Assembly: GCA_013239625.1 (NCBI GenBank)
Contig: MU057357.1
Coordinates: 34,699,723 to 34,763,722 of the forward strand
Direction: 5' to 3'
DNA length: 64,000 nt
Source: Lama guanicoe
Taxonomy: Eukaryota
Shown here: positions 21,410 to 35,420 of the stretch, piece by piece
How positions within the stretch are numbered: position 1 is the stretch's first letter
Layout of the letters: every line of letters starts with the position of its first letter
The notes under the pieces: model-generated
Seen by the model: only the letters and a program-made list of their open reading frames with translations
Databases searched by the model: none
Told to the model about the DNA's origin: nothing
Program-made: the position numbers and the translations under genes

Positions 21410-22210
21410 ATGTTCATTTGTTCAGCGTATTCACTGAGCAGGCACCTGGCTAGGGATGCCATGGTGAGTAAGGCAGGATAAGCCTTCAGGAAAAATTTCA
21501 GCTAAGTGGTAGACAGACAAACTTTTACAAACTAGAGAATGTTCTGAATGCTTTAGGGACACTTAAAGAGTTGACCAGGAGGGTGGAGTTAGGCTAAGCA
21601 GTTTGAGAGGAGGGATGCGAGCCAGGGTCAGCAGGGCGAGGCAGAAACCGGAAGGGGAAGAGGTGGCCTTGGCTGGAGCAGTTAGCTGCCCACACACAGG
21701 AGAGTAGGATTTGAGGCTGACTAGGGAAGCAGGGACCCAGTGTGAACCTCCTAAGCCAGGCTAGGAATTTTTAACTCTACGCTGGGGCTAAGAGGAGGCT
21801 ATCGGAGGCTTGTCATGGTCAGCTGTGGGCTTCAGAAGTGTAAAGAAAAAACTGAAGACAGAAGACCTAAGTTTGCAGGGAACCTGCAGAAATCAGCAGT
21901 GAGATGATGGTGGCCTGAACCTGGAAGAAGCAGGAGGGATAGACGGAAAAACAGATTCAAGAGCTATCTGAGAGACAGAACCCAACGGACTTTGGTGAGA
22001 GTACTGGTAAATATAAATGTGCAGCTGAGATGAAGGAGTCAGGGTGATGTCCGAGTTTCGAGTCTGGGATCTGGGAATATGTTGTAGATTCACAGAGAAA
22101 ACCATTGGAGGAATGAGGTTATGCCTGTGTACATATGTGTAGACGGAGGGCACCGATGAACTCAGATTTAGACAGCTGGAGTCTGAGGTGTTTGTGGAAT
22201 ATTAGGATAC
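21410..22210 (-). mobile_element. L2 LINE remnant
   Basis: TTCATTTG/TTCAGC start, GTGAGATGATGGTGGCCTGAAC, GAAGGAGTCAGGGTGATG motifs. Confidence 0.65.
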
Positions 22211-23129
22211 CACAGCCAAGCCCAATTAAATTATTTTTACTCTTTGGTCAAGAGACAAAACAAGAGGAATAGTCATCCTCTCTTACTATTTTCAACAAAG
22301 TAAAAGGCAAATAATGGTGAGTGATAAATCTTGTAAACATGGAATGAAACGGCTTCCAGAAAAGTAGCTGTCAGAGCCCTGGTGAATGGTCCTGCTCTAG
22401 TTTTCCACTCAGGGCGTATTTCTTCCTGGGTAGGTCTACATCCTACAACTGGCTCACACTGTCACCATTCTGATGTAAGCAATCCCCCTAGTTTGCAGCC
22501 ACAAAATTTCCAGTGGAGTCCTGGGAAGCAGGCATATCAAAGGTCCCTGATCTGAACGACTACCTCTTTCTTTCCCTGCTTTCACCAAAACATTATACAA
22601 TGAAATCCACTCAACATAATTCTTTCACAGCATAATTAAGATGAGTAGCGAGCAGCAGAGTGCTTGATGGGGCAGGACCCAACTTCTGTGATGGTGGTTA
22701 TGGTTATGGTCATGATTTCACTACGTTTTCAGCAACAGCCACCCTTTATGATCTCATGCACTATGTTAGCCCTGAGTTTCCTTCCTCCCAGGTTTAGAGA
22801 ACAGTTCGCTTTCCCTGAGTCAGGAGGAATAAAGGGTGTTTCACTTGCTATGAGAGAGCCTGAAGATACTGCTCTCTCTCTAATCAATGCTTTTGCAGGC
22901 AAGTGTGAGCATCAGGTGGGGGGTGGGGAGAAGAGACGGATGGTTTTAAATGACTTGTGCCTATTGCGCTCCCTCAACTGAACTGAAATATTCAATCATT
23001 CAGTTAATATGTCATTTGATTAATCTGTTTGAAGTGCCCACTGTGTGCTAGGACCTGCAAATATGAGTAAAAGAAAAAACACAGGTGATTTCTCTCGTTT
23101 GTAAAAAGTCCTCCCCAGTTGAGAGGATT

Positions 23130-24655
23130 CTAATGTGGGCTCACCCAATTTCTCAGCTGTTATCAAGAGTGAGCATTTCTCCTTGAAAGCCTCTCTTCTC
23201 ATGATACTAACTTGTCTGAGCTCTTCCCTCCTCTCCATCTGGCCATTCTGAGCTTCCTTTGCTGGCTTCTTTCCCTCCATTAAGAGTGTCGGAAAGCCCT
23301 GGGGCTCCATTCTGAGCCCTCTTTCCTTCTTTTTTCTTTCTGCTACTTCAAGAGCTCTAACCCATTTCCTGGATCTTTAAATACCAGCTAAATAATACCA
23401 CTAAATACCACTATGAGTCTCCAGCCTGGACTGCTCCTCTCAGCTCTTGGTTCATATGTTTTACTGCCTACCTTCTGTCTCTACTTGGATGTGTCCTGGG
23501 CCTCGTGTACATAACACATATAACACTGAGTTCTTGCTCCCAGGCCCATATCTAAACTATTCCTACATTCAGTCTCTTTCTTTCCCCAAAACAGCACTCC
23601 TTCTGTCCAGCTGTTCAGACTAGAAATTTGGAAAAGAATTCTTGAGTCCTCTCTCTCTCGCTCTAGTCCCCAGATCCTTTTTCCCTCTATTTAAAATTTT
23701 GTTTATTTTTGCATTTATTTTTTAATTGAAGTATAGTTAATTTACAATGCTGTGTTAGTTTCGAGTGTACAGCAAAGTAATTCATATATATATGTGTGTG
23801 TATATATATACATACATAAACATGCACACTTACATGTATATATATATATATTCATGCACATATACACATTTTTTTCCAGATTCTTTTCCATTATTCTATT
23901 CCCCACATCTAATCCATCTTTAAGTTCTATTAATTTGACCTTCAGGATATATCAAACTCATCTGTTCATGAGCTTCCTCTACCCTGCTACTAACTTCTTC
24001 CAAGCATGGTAATCTCACCTGGGCTGTTCAGTAATCTGAGACCTGGTCTCCCTATTTGTCCCTGCCCCACACTATCAATTTTCTACATAGAAGCTAAAGG
24101 GAATTTAAAAAATTCTCAAACTGTGCATGCGACTCCCTTGCTGCAAACCTTTAAATGGTCTCCCATGCTCTTCTGGTACAAACCACACTTAACATGGCCA
24201 ACAAGGACCCTGAGATCTGGCCTCTGACTATTTTGCCAGCTCACCATTGGCCACTTCCTCCAGGATCACTTTGCTTTACCACATTGGCCGTCCTTAATGT
24301 CCTTAAGTGCATCAAGGTTTTTTCACCTTTGGGGCCTTTGCCCATCTTGTTCCCTCTGCCTGGACACACAACCTCTGACTTCCCACAATTCCTCTCTTTC
24401 TTCAATCTCAGCTGAAAGGACTCCTCCTCACAGACGACTTTCCTGCCTGTTCACTTAAAACAGGTCACCATATTGCAGACCATCCTGCTCATTCTCTTAA
24501 GAGTTCTTTAATTTATAATCACATACATATTTACCTCTTCATTTTGTCTTCTTCTCGAGATACAAGAGAACACGCATGTTGTGCTGTTACTGTTGCTTAG
24601 CACCCTCTATCCAGAACCTGACATGCTGCGTAATGCACAGCAGATGCACAGTAAG
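23130..24655 (+). mobile_element. L2 LINE remnant interrupted by an L1 3' fragment
   Basis: TCTCCAGCCTGGAC...TCTCTACTTGGATGT, GGGCCTTTGC...TTCCCTCTGCCTGGA. Confidence 0.7.
23700..23895 (-). mobile_element. L1 extreme 3' end with AT/GT-rich microsatellite
   Basis: TTAATTGAAGTATAGTTAATTTACAATGCTGTGTTAGTTTC...GTACAGCAAAGT. Confidence 0.8.
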
Positions 24656-25446
24656 TTTTTTTTTAATTGAAGTGTAGTCAGTTTACAACGTTGTGTTAGT
24701 TTCTGGTGTACAGCACAGTGATTCAGTTACACATATATGTATGTTCCTTTTCATATTCTTTTTCATTACAGGCTATTACAAGCTATAGAATATAGTTTCC
24801 TGTGCTACACAGTAGGACTCTGTTTATCTATTTTATATATAGTGGTTAGTATCTGCAAATCCCCAACTCCCAATTTGTCCCTCTCTTTCCCTACTGGTAA
24901 CCATGAGTTTGTTTTCTATGTCTGTGAGTCTGTTTCTATTTTGTAAGTAAGTTCACTTGTGGTTTTGTTTTTTGTTTTTTTTTGGTTCCACATATACATG
25001 GTATCACATGGTATTTTTCTTTCTTTCTCTTTCTGGCTTACTTCACTTAGAATGAGATTCTCCAGGTCCATACATGTTGCTACAAATGGCATTACTTTAT
25101 TCTTTTTTATGACCGTGTAGTATTCCATTTTACACACACGCCACACACACACACACACACACACACTACAACCTCTTTATCCAGTCATCTGTTGATAGAC
25201 ACTTAGGTTGCTTCCATATCTTGACTGTTATAAATAGTGCTTCTATCAACAATGGGTGCATGTATCTTTTTGAATTAGAGTTTCCTCCAGATATATGCCC
25301 CGGAGTGGATGGCTGGATCATATGGTAAGTCTATTTTTAGTTTTTTAAGGAATCTCCATACTGTTTTCCATAATGGCTGCACCAAATTACATTCCCACCA
25401 AACGGTGTAGGAGGATTCCCTTTTCTCCACACCTTCTCCAGCATTT
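24656..25446 (-). mobile_element. 5'-truncated L1 (3' UTR plus ORF2 end)
   Basis: TTAATTGAAGTGTAGTCAGTTTACAA...TTCACTTAGAATGA...CATTCCCACCAA...TTTTCTCCACACC; internal (CA)n. Confidence 0.9.
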
Positions 25447-26139
25447 CAAATAAGTATTTTTAAATGGCCCTCACATAATTTGACTTTTTACATCATTAAT
25501 GTCATAAACTGAGAGAAATCTGGATATTTATAAGTTTATGTTTTATTATCTTCAAAACAATGTGTTTAGGTCCTTTGGCAGATTCAAAGATGTGCTATAA
25601 AACATAAGTCCTCTCAAGCAGTTTATAATTTACAAGGAGAGATGTGATATACTTTAGAGAAACAGGGAATATAGTCAAATGTGAATGTCATGTACCTTGG
25701 GGAGAGAAGGGACAGTGGTTGCTGACATATGGTGAGGCAGATAGGACAGTTTGGGACCTAAGATTGGGTAGAGTATAGGGCAGGAAAAATGAAAGAACTG
25801 ATATGACACACCAAGAAGAAACTGACATGAATTGTCAGGTACAGGTAATCAGGAGAAGTGAAATATAGCTGGCATTTTCGGCTGGAAAACTGTAGTATCA
25901 TAAAAAAGAAAACCAAAAGCAACCAGAAAAAAGAGGGGGAATAGGGAGGGAAAGGAGAATGTGTTTGGATAATGCTGGCTGGGTTCTAGAGGTGACTGAG
26001 ATGTTGGTGGAACATTCGTAAGATTGTCTCACAGGTAGTTAAAAAAATTTTTTTAAATCTTTTTCTTTAATAGATATTTTTAAATAACTAAAGTAAAGCA
26101 TATAACATGCAAAACAGTTAGTGATGCATAAAGAAAATG

Positions 26140-26260
26140 TCTGTGATCTCTTCCTGCCTCCTTCTAAGCAACTTTCTGAGGCACTCCCTTCTCCTCAATA
26201 AACTGACTGCTCCCAAGTGCTTGTCTCGAGGTCTGCTCTTGGGGGATCCAAACTAAAACA
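26140..26260 (+). mobile_element. 3' end of an ERVL-type LTR (LTR16-like)
   Basis: CTCAATAAAC...GGTCTGCTCTTGGGGGATCCAAACTAAAACA terminus. Confidence 0.5.
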
Positions 26261-27206
26261 ATAGGAGATTGTTTTTTTTCACAGTAATAAAAGTTCCCAA
26301 CACGAACAAAATCCTCTTTTGTCCTGATATGTAATATTAGGTCAAATTTCCTGATGCTTGAATATAAATATCAATGACTAGGTTGCTTAAAAAAAACACA
26401 CACACATGAAGCAATGCTTGTCCTCATTATAAGAGTTCTGAAAAGTGCTGAGAAACTGTGTGAAACATGCCTCAGAATTCCCACCCCTGGAAAATCGGGA
26501 GACATTTATCCAAGGACTCATCCTCTACCAGTAGAGGCTTACAAATTGCACCTGTTTCCAGGCAAGCACGTTCCCAGGTGCCAGAGGAGTCCTTAGGGGG
26601 AGATGAGGGACACTGGCACTGGAGCAGGGATGTTGCCAACCTGCAGAAATCGTCTACAGAGGCTAAGAGCTCAGCTAGCCCAAGGGGCCAGGCATCAACA
26701 GGGTTGGCCACAACTGCTAATCAAAACCTTACAGTTTGTTACTGTTACTCAAATTTGGTTTTTAATCTCTTAGTTAAGTTTCCTCTGGTTGGCTGGGGAA
26801 AAGGAGTGAATGTAGATAAAACACTTTAATGCAGCGTTTAGCACATAATCAATACTAAATAAATAGTAGCCCTTTCTCCTTCATCCTTTTTGTCTATCAT
26901 TATCATCATCATCATCAACAATGTAATTTGTATAGAAATAAACTACCTACAGAAATAAACTATGGGTAGAAATCTGAGCTCAGTGCCAGTGACTCATGTG
27001 GAAGGTTGTCTAAGTTAATAAGAGACACTTTCTGTCTCTATTTGCTTCTATTTATTTTTTCAGTCATTCAACAAATATTTATTGAACACCTATTATGTGT
27101 AACTGAGAGATGCTATGCATAACATGGCAAACAGATTTGGGATCCTTATCCTCTTGATACTTTTATTCCCTGTCACTTTTCAGTAAATTGACATAAGCAG
27201 ATGATT

Positions 27207-27324
27207 GGGGGGGGTGGTAATTGCATTTATTTATATATTTATTTTTAGAGAAGGTACTGGAGATTGAACCCAGGACCTTGTGAATGCTAAACATGCACTT
27301 TACCACTGAGCTATATCCTCCCCC
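27207..27324 (-). mobile_element. tRNA-derived SINE, camelid Vic-1-like, with target-site duplication
   Basis: Minus strand GGGGGAGGATATAGCTCAGTGGTAAAGTGCATGTTTAGCATTCACAAGGTCCTGGGTTCAATCTCCAGTACC has Pol III A and B boxes. Flanked by AAGCAGATGATT (27195-27206) and AACCAGATGATT (27325-27336). Confidence 0.85.
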
Positions 27325-29574
27325 AACCAGATGATTTTTTTTCTACAGCTGTGAATATTTCATTTCCCTCTCAAAGACTCCTACTAGCTCCTCCCTCAGC
27401 TCAACCCAACTAAATTATAATTTCTTGCCTGAGGCTTAATACCCTCCATGCTTGGCCTCTAACTTTCTTTTAGCCCATCCCAAACAGATCCTATTTTTCT
27501 TTCCCTCTGGAAATGTTCCCTTCAGTTTGGGAAATTAACAGATCAAGAAATAAGTCCTTAAGCCAGTACTCACCAAATACCATACAAAATGGGACCTAAC
27601 GAGAAATTCAACAGATAAGTTTCTTCTGGCTGGGGTGATTGAGACAATTTTTCTGGAGTAGAAGTACAATTTTTAGAAATTTCACTCTTTACCAGTCTTT
27701 TTACAACTCCTGAAACTACTGATGCTTTATAACTTCTTAAACTAAGTCTATTTCATGCTTCAATTCAGAAGAAGAAACAATTGCTTCTCTTGTTACAATG
27801 TAAAAAGGACCTGGTATAAAACCATTCTCCCCTTAGAACACATAGTTATTATGTGACAACATTCTATCTCATAAGTAATCTGATCTGGAAGATTGGATTT
27901 GTGCACTGGGATGATTTTACAACTGGTCCATGCAAGATCTTAAAGGTTCACAAGACACGGATAGTTTACAGCATCACTCTCTTGTATTATCAGAGGTTAG
28001 AGTCCACATAAAAGTACTACAAAACAGTGTCGTATCTGAAGCCTCTCATACGCATGAGCTCATCTTGAAAAGGCAAGTTCCTAGGCATTTTGGAAAGGGA
28101 CATGGTAGATAAACAGTGTAAAACTGGTTAATCATGGGTAAAGTTTTATCACACAACAAATATTTATGTACACATGTCCCCAAGCACTTTGCAGACACAA
28201 AAGAAAGATGTGCTCTGATTTTTGAATATCTGGCAATCCAATGAGACAGACAAAACATACAAACTGCAAACCAGAAAACAATTTAAAAGCAACTTACAAA
28301 ATATGTTGTGATCATAGCACAAATTATATAATGTAATAGTAATGCTTTCAGAGTAGCAAAATGTTCTGTTTGGGAGACTAAAGGAAATAAACTCAATTTA
28401 ATCTTACATTTATCTAACTTTATTTTCTTTTGTTTTCTTTCTTTCTTTTTTTAAATCAGAGCAAACTGGGGAACACAGAGATCAGGCTTTGTAGACTAGA
28501 TAAAAAGAGGTATGAGAACTTCAGAAACCAAAATATCATCTGTAAACAGGAGGAATGTAAACAATGGAAAGAGGCTACACCACCTTGCAAGGACAGTAGT
28601 GTGAAATAAGAGAAATAATTTAATGCATGAAGGTTTCCTAAATTGTTTAACATCTCAAAGAAACTTTAGGAAAATAATTCTAATTTAGATTAGTAAAATA
28701 TAATAAATAATACTACAAATACAAAAATAATTTCAGCTCTATCTCACATCTATGCATTGGAAGGCCAGCAGACAGCTTGGCTATTCTATTTTCGGTGCAC
28801 ACTGAAAAGCTTTGTTTATAACAGTTGCACAGTATATTGACCCAGTAAAGTAAATTTCCTCTGTTTACAGAAACTTGAAAAACTATTTTGGTTTTAAAAC
28901 CACATGCTGTTCATAAGGAACTCACTAAAATTGTGGATAAAAGTGAAAAAAAATCAACCTCAGACCCATCTTTTGTATTACTGTCCAAAAGGATGGTTAT
29001 ACTAATTCAATACAATAATTATATACACCTTTTTAGGTGGATTATAGAGCCACTTATTACTCTTTTCATTGCTTCACATAAAAATCAGCAGGCTTTTTAA
29101 AAACCAGTTTTAGAAACCATACAGGGTTTTAGGAGACATGAAATGTAATAATGCACTTGCCCTTATATATATATATATTTTTTTTAAAGCTTTTTTGTAA
29201 TGGAAGCGTTCAATTCGATTGTCACTGAAGTTATTTCATTCCCTAAATGCTATTGTTTTAAGTTACCATACACAACCAGAGAATCTTGTTCTTTCAGAGC
29301 CTGCAATAGGAATCAGAAAACCACACATAGACAGATAGGCAGGTGAAAGTCATTCAATTCAGTTGATAACTCTATTCAAGGAGGCAAGATGATGCAAATA
29401 CAAGGAGAAAAACAGGAATCTTGAATAAATGTCAACATCCACTTGTTTATATGCCAGTATCTATAATTGGCTATCTGTCATTTATTGTATCATATGCTGC
29501 CTTAGTTAAGTATATGCAGAATAGAAACTTTTAACTTTTCTTTCCAGAGATGTGGGATAACACTCTTTTCTAGT

Positions 29575-30409
29575 TGTGATACTGTGATATAAGACATAGA
29601 TTTTTTGGTCTTCATCTCCAACTCCCAGCCAGAGCTCCTAAGCCCTTGTAATCTCCTAAGTGATAAAGGTTGAAAAGAGCATTTTTGTTATAATATTTGG
29701 CTTTTGTCCCAGTTTCTAATATAGGTCTGGAAGGACACAGGTGACTTCTGGAAAGGCCCTGAGAATGGGGGGACTGGTTGCCAAGGGAACTGACCATGTG
29801 ATTAGAGGGTTGGAACATTCAGTCCCATCCCCTAACCTCTAAGGAGAGAGGAGGGGGGCTAGAAATTGAGTTCAAACAACAATGGCCAGTGATTTAATCA
29901 ACTATGCCTAAATAATGAAACCTCCACCAAATTCTAAATGATGGGAGTGGAGAGCTTCTGGTTTGATGAAGCTTCAAGGTGCTGGGAGCGTGGTGAGCCC
30001 AGAGACGGTGTGGAAGCTCTGCAATCTCCCTGCCCCCATCCCTTGCCCTATGCATCTCTTCCATCTGGCTACTCCAGAGCTGTATCCTTTATAATAAACC
30101 AGTAAACATAAGTAATGTTGGCCATTTGAACAAACTGCTGAACCTGAGGAGGGGTCATGGGAATCCCCAATTTTTTTAATTGCTCAGTCAGAAGTACTGG
30201 AGGCCTCAACTATGACCAGCATCTTTTTTTTGTGGGACTGAGCCCTTAACCTGTGGGGTCTGTTTATTCTGGATAGTGTCAGAATTGAATTAAGTCACAG
30301 GACACCCAGTTGGTGTCTACGGAGAACAGGAGAGCTACTTGGTAAGAAACCCACACATCTGGTGTCAGAAGAGATTATCATAGAGAAAAGAAACAGGTTT
30401 TTCCTCTAC
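29575..30409 (+). mobile_element. MER21-like solo LTR
   Basis: Starts TGTGATACTGTGAT; GATTAGAGGGTTGGAAC, CTGTATCCTTTATAATAAAC, GGACACCCAGTTGGTGTC. Confidence 0.8.
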
Positions 30410-31309
30410 TATTGTTTCAGTTCTGCAGTCCTCAGGATTCATTTCCCTTTGTTCTATATGTGGCCTTCTGATAAATGACCATAAAGTAAATCACACTTCT
30501 ATGGATCTTTATAAATTAAAAAGTGCATTTTCCAAAATGCACTAAAGTAGATGTGAAGTAATTACCAATAAAGCTTGAGACCCCAGGGTGCCCTGAATGG
30601 TGCAAAAGGAAATAATACAAAATGCAACAAAATAATACAAAATGCAATAAAAAAACTACATTTTTAATTAAAAAAAACCAAAAAACAAACCCCATGGGGA
30701 CATGATTTTTCATCAGAGATTTAATCTGAAATTTATTCTTCTCATCCATAAATGAACAAGATTAGGACTGCAAAATTCAGAGACAAAATGTCAAAAGACA
30801 TCTAGACAGATCTCAGGGGCAGGGAGAAGCGCAGAGACAGAACATTCCTGGAGCAGCACAGACCTGATTAAAATGATTCTGCAGTGTGACCGGAGAACAC
30901 TGGACCCTCTATTAATAAAGACTGAGCTTTGAGTGAGAACTGACAAGCCTCTGCATTTAGGATTAACTGTCTTAATAAAAGGAAGTGCCACCCCAGGTCC
31001 CACTAATGTGATACAAGTACAAACTGGGGCATGGAGGAAAAGGATGTACAGGAACCAGGTCAAGAGAATAGATAAGAAACAGCACTGACCATGCTAGCAA
31101 CAATTTTCTTGGCCACAACTAGGTAAAGATTATTACTGATACTTGAGGGAGGGGAGATTGAAAATTAATATCCAAAGTCTAAACTAGCTGATTTTTTAAA
31201 GTTAGCAGTATTGTAAACTACATGTAGCTCACATTCCTCTGTCAGTTTAGTCAACCCTAGTTGATGTTTTATTACTAGGGCAAAGTACCGAGATACCAGT
31301 TTTTTTAAT

Positions 31310-31470
31310 ATTTTTTTATTGAATTATAGTTGATGTACAATATGTTATAGCTGTATAAATATAGTGATTCACAATTTTTAAAGGTTATACTCCATTTATA
31401 ATTATTATAAAATATTGACTATATTTCCTGTGTATAAGCTATATGCTTGTAGTTTATTTTATCTCCAATA
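31310..31470 (-). mobile_element. L1 3' end fragment
   Basis: TTATTGAATTATAGTTGATGTACAAT...TAAAGGTTATACTCCATTTATA. Confidence 0.75.
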
Positions 31471-34451
31471 GTTTGAGATTATTTCTAAAGCATCGCAATT
31501 AAAAATTGTAGTCAATACTCTGCCACCTAGAATGCTTACAAATTAGGCAGGCGGTAATGCTGTCTTACCAAGGCTTATTCTTGGCTACTTAAGTACACTT
31601 TATGTTACAGGTTTACATATTCTAACTTTATTGATCTTTAGGAAAAAATACTGTTAGGTAGAGTGACTCATTTGACTTTAGAGATGAGGCAATGGCTTCC
31701 AAAGTGTTAAGTTGCCTCCTCAAGGTGAACGACTACATTACTGACCCTTTCACATTCCCTTACAAGGAGACTGGATTGGCTTATCTAGAAAGACAGCCAT
31801 CAGAATGGGTGTCAGGGCTTGGGTCTCTGGGAACAGAACTGAGCAAAAATAGAAAGACCTTCTTAAAGTTTGAGTTTGAGAAACGAAAATTAATCCATTC
31901 AACCAAAGAACAGAAGTGGGGGAAAAGGAAAGCAAAGCTAAGGTTCAGGAAACAGGCAGAAACTGACAAAACAGGAGTGGGTCCAAATGGTCCTGGGCAA
32001 TTGCTATGAACAGAGCCAGCATCTAGGGCTTGTCTAGACTGGCTTTAATGTCTTAAAGATGCAGAGATTGCCTGGGAAGGATGTTACGGTATTAAGCGAC
32101 TGAGACAGAGTTCAAGGGCTGAGCTGCTACTCAAATGTACTATTTTTTTTAAAGTATTTATCTCCAACACACCCCAGTGCCTATGCTATCTGTAATTACA
32201 GGAAAGAAGCTTAGTATCTGAAGACATCAGAAAATGAGTCTACTCTGAGTAAGCATCCCTGATTCTGCCAAAAAATGTTGCCTTGAAATGCTGGCAGCAC
32301 CTATTTGTTTAATTCCTTGCTTAGTTGATTTCAGATTCACAACTTTCCCCTTGTTTTCTTTGTAAATTAAGGAAGCCTTATGAAAGCAGACTCTGTACCA
32401 CTCTCTATCAAGGCAGTTTCCAGAAGCCAATCTGCCTAGTCTGGTGCTTTTCATGTGTAATAAGAGTCAGGTATTGGAAATGAGGCTGAAGGAATGAAAT
32501 TAAACAGAATGACTTTCTGGATCCATGTAAGTCAGATCTTAATATTGAGACTTTATTAAAAATAATTCCTGGAGCACCTGACCTACCTATATTCAGGTAC
32601 AAATGTAAAAATAAAATTTATTTCAACCCTTATTCAGAATAATTTTCAGGTTACCGGCACTTGAGACATAATGACCCCTTGTAATAATCACTGCCAATAA
32701 TTAGAGGTGGGTTATGCTAACATCTAATTGAACTCCTGTAAGTTAATAGCACAAAGACTGCACACTGAAGCTTCCATAATTCCTTTAGGTCAGCAGACAC
32801 AGACTAGCAGCAGAGCCCCGGCCCATGCAGCAGACAGAGCAAGGTCTGGGTGGAAAAGATCCAAATCTCATCCCCCTGCTCTTTTACAATTGCCACTTTC
32901 ACAGGCCTCACGTTCTATTCAGACATGGAAAAAGTTACTCTATGGCTTTCAGCTGTTAAGTGATTTTGGAAGTGTTCATAAATCTTTATGAAATCCAATT
33001 CCATTTCCAACTAGTAACAGTTTAGGGAATGGGCAAGAACACTTTCAGAGCTCCACTGAAAAAATTTTCATTGAGTCAAATGAAATTTTAGAGGCTTGAA
33101 TGAAATGAATCCTTGTTTTGGGATCCATGTCCATATTGACAGCAGTTACCGCCAATGGACATTTTAGCAACTTTGAGTCCCTTAGGCTGTTTATAAAATA
33201 AAAACCATAAAGTAGAATGAGGGCGGGGCAGGGCAAACCTTTTCCACTGCTCTCATCACAGACTCTCATTCTAAACCACACTGTCAGTAGAATCAGACTA
33301 TTTTTTTTTTAAGCCAGAACTATCTTTTTAAAAATTCCAGATTTCGTAACTTCAGTAAATAATCTTTCACAGATAGGTTTTTCAAATGTCTTTTCACTCC
33401 AATTTAGGGGAATTTCTTGTTTTTCAAGAGAGACAGGAGATACACACAGACTAGGGATATTGTTTGAAGTAAGATGATAGTTTGACTTGTAAACAACATC
33501 AAAAGGTCTCCTGGACATTTGTCTGAGAGTAAGCCCTCTTGTTCTGTTATGCCCCTCTCTGTATTTGTAACTCAGATGTCTGTTCACAGATAAAATCTGC
33601 CCTCTTCTTCCGGAAACCGCCCTGACCACTTGTCAGTGCCCGTATCTTAAGAGATCTGCCTCCTCTCAGGTTCCCTTCCACAACGATGACTCTGCTGTCA
33701 TTCCTTCAGTCCATGTTCTGAGGGCTGTCCAGTCTACCAGAGGCGTCTCACTGTAAACCTGGCTTGGTCGTGATATACTTTAGGCATCAGCAAGTCAACT
33801 TCAGAGAAGCTCCCTGTTTTTCCTTGAACTCATTCCATGCCTCATTCTCTGAGTGAGTATTTACTGACACCTACCCTATTCCAGGCACTGTGCTTGGAGC
33901 TACAAACACACACATAAACAAGACAGGGCCCCACACACTCGAGGAAATTACAGTATATCCATATGAAATTAACACGAAACAAATAAAGTACTATGCTTTT
34001 GAAGGTGCAATATTCCATGCAGGATCAAAGAAAGGAGTGGTCAGTTCTGGCAGCCAAAGATGACCACTGCCTACGAACAACTTCACGGCCCCAAACTCCA
34101 GCTACCTCAGCCTCTTCAACTTCAGGGTGAGTTGGTTCTTTGAAGGGGCTAACAGGTATATAATAAATCTCAGCACTTGCAAACCTCACGTGGGGAGCAC
34201 AGCTGGAATGAGGAGTACTGGAACAGGAGGGGAAGCAAGAGGGTCTACACGGGAAGGCCGAGTCTTGGGCTCAGCAGGGGAAGAATGCAGGCGGCTAAGG
34301 ACAGGGTTGTACTTCAATGTAACGTGACACGCCGACCCTGCTGACAGATGCCAGAGCTTCCCGGCAGCACTGCCTTTACAGCATGGTGCGCGCTGAGCAG
34401 GCAGCATGCAACTGTGTAGATGCATAGAGCAGGTAGGGTTCTGAGAAGATC

Positions 34452-34681
34452 AGAAGGGATACACCGGGAGTTCGAGATCTGCAGATACTAACTACTATAT
34501 GTGAAATAGATAAACAACAAGTTTCAACCATGCAACACAGGGAACTATATTCAACACCTCGTAGTAACCTATAATGAAAAACAATATGAAAACAAATGTA
34601 TGCATATGTATGAAACAGTACGCTGTACACCAGAAACTGACATACTGTAAACTGACTATACTTCAATAAAATAAAAAATAA
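34452..34681 (+). mobile_element. L1 extreme 3' end with A-rich tail
   Basis: CACAGGGAACTATATTCAA...CTGTACACCAGAAACTGACA...TGTAAACTGACTATACTTCAATAAAA. Confidence 0.85.
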
Positions 34682-35273
34682 TCGTAAGTTCTTGAAATTT
34701 GAAGTGAGCTGAAGCCACCCAGGTAGTTTGGTGATGTGTCTGAGAGTGGACTGAGTTTTTAATAAACTTGGGGATTTTAGAGAAACCTGGTTCAGAAATT
34801 TGGTTCAGAATCTAGGGTGGAAAGATTTCAACAAGGCCATTTACTTCCAATAAAGTGGGGGTTTTGTTCTGGGGAACTGAGGGGCTAAAGACTTGGCTGT
34901 TTGCATTTTTGCTAATCAGTGAATTTGAGGCCCAGGCACCCACCCACCCCACTTCTGTCTGTCTGTCTGTCTCTCTTTCAGTCTCTCTGTCTCTCACACA
35001 GACACACAAAGCTTAGTAAGCGTGTGTCCTAATAAAGTAAGACAGGATGGATATGATGTGAATTGTCTATACAACATGTCAGACCTGCACAAAGTGTGGC
35101 ATGTATATTGCACCCCAAACATTCTGTCTACTGTCACACATGTGAGGTGGGTGCATAGGGAAGGGGCTGAGCTGCAACCCCGGTGCCAGGTTCATAGGAA
35201 AACCTGATCACCCCAGGTGGTGGCCCAATAATCTTTAATGATAGTAAAACACCTGGAGAACGTCTTCTCAGAC

Positions 35274-35420
35274 AGAGCTTCTCAAACTTAAACGTGCCTC
35301 TGAATCACCTGAAAATCTTGTTATAATGCAAATTCTGATTTAGCAGGTCTGGGGTGAGGCTTCCAACAGGTTCCCCGCTGATGCCAAAGCTGCTAGGCTC
35401 TGAATCACACGGTAAGTGGT
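35274..35420. mobile_element. MER5-like DNA transposon remnant
   Basis: TTCTCAAACTT...GAATCACCTG...ATTCTGATTTAGCAGGTCTGGGGTGAGGC. Confidence 0.7.

Noticed and set aside
27250-27324. Possible tRNA-Ala gene
   Set aside because: Followed by an AT-rich SINE body, flanked by a TSD, and has degenerate stems. It is a SINE head, not a tRNA gene.
28046-28258. ORF with repeated KCLGTC motif
   Set aside because: Short, the nucleotide copies are divergent, and there is no exon or domain support. Likely chance.
11190-30409. Two MER21-like LTRs as the ends of one provirus enclosing the promoter
   Set aside because: Opposite orientations, substantial divergence and no internal retroviral sequence. These are independent solo LTRs.
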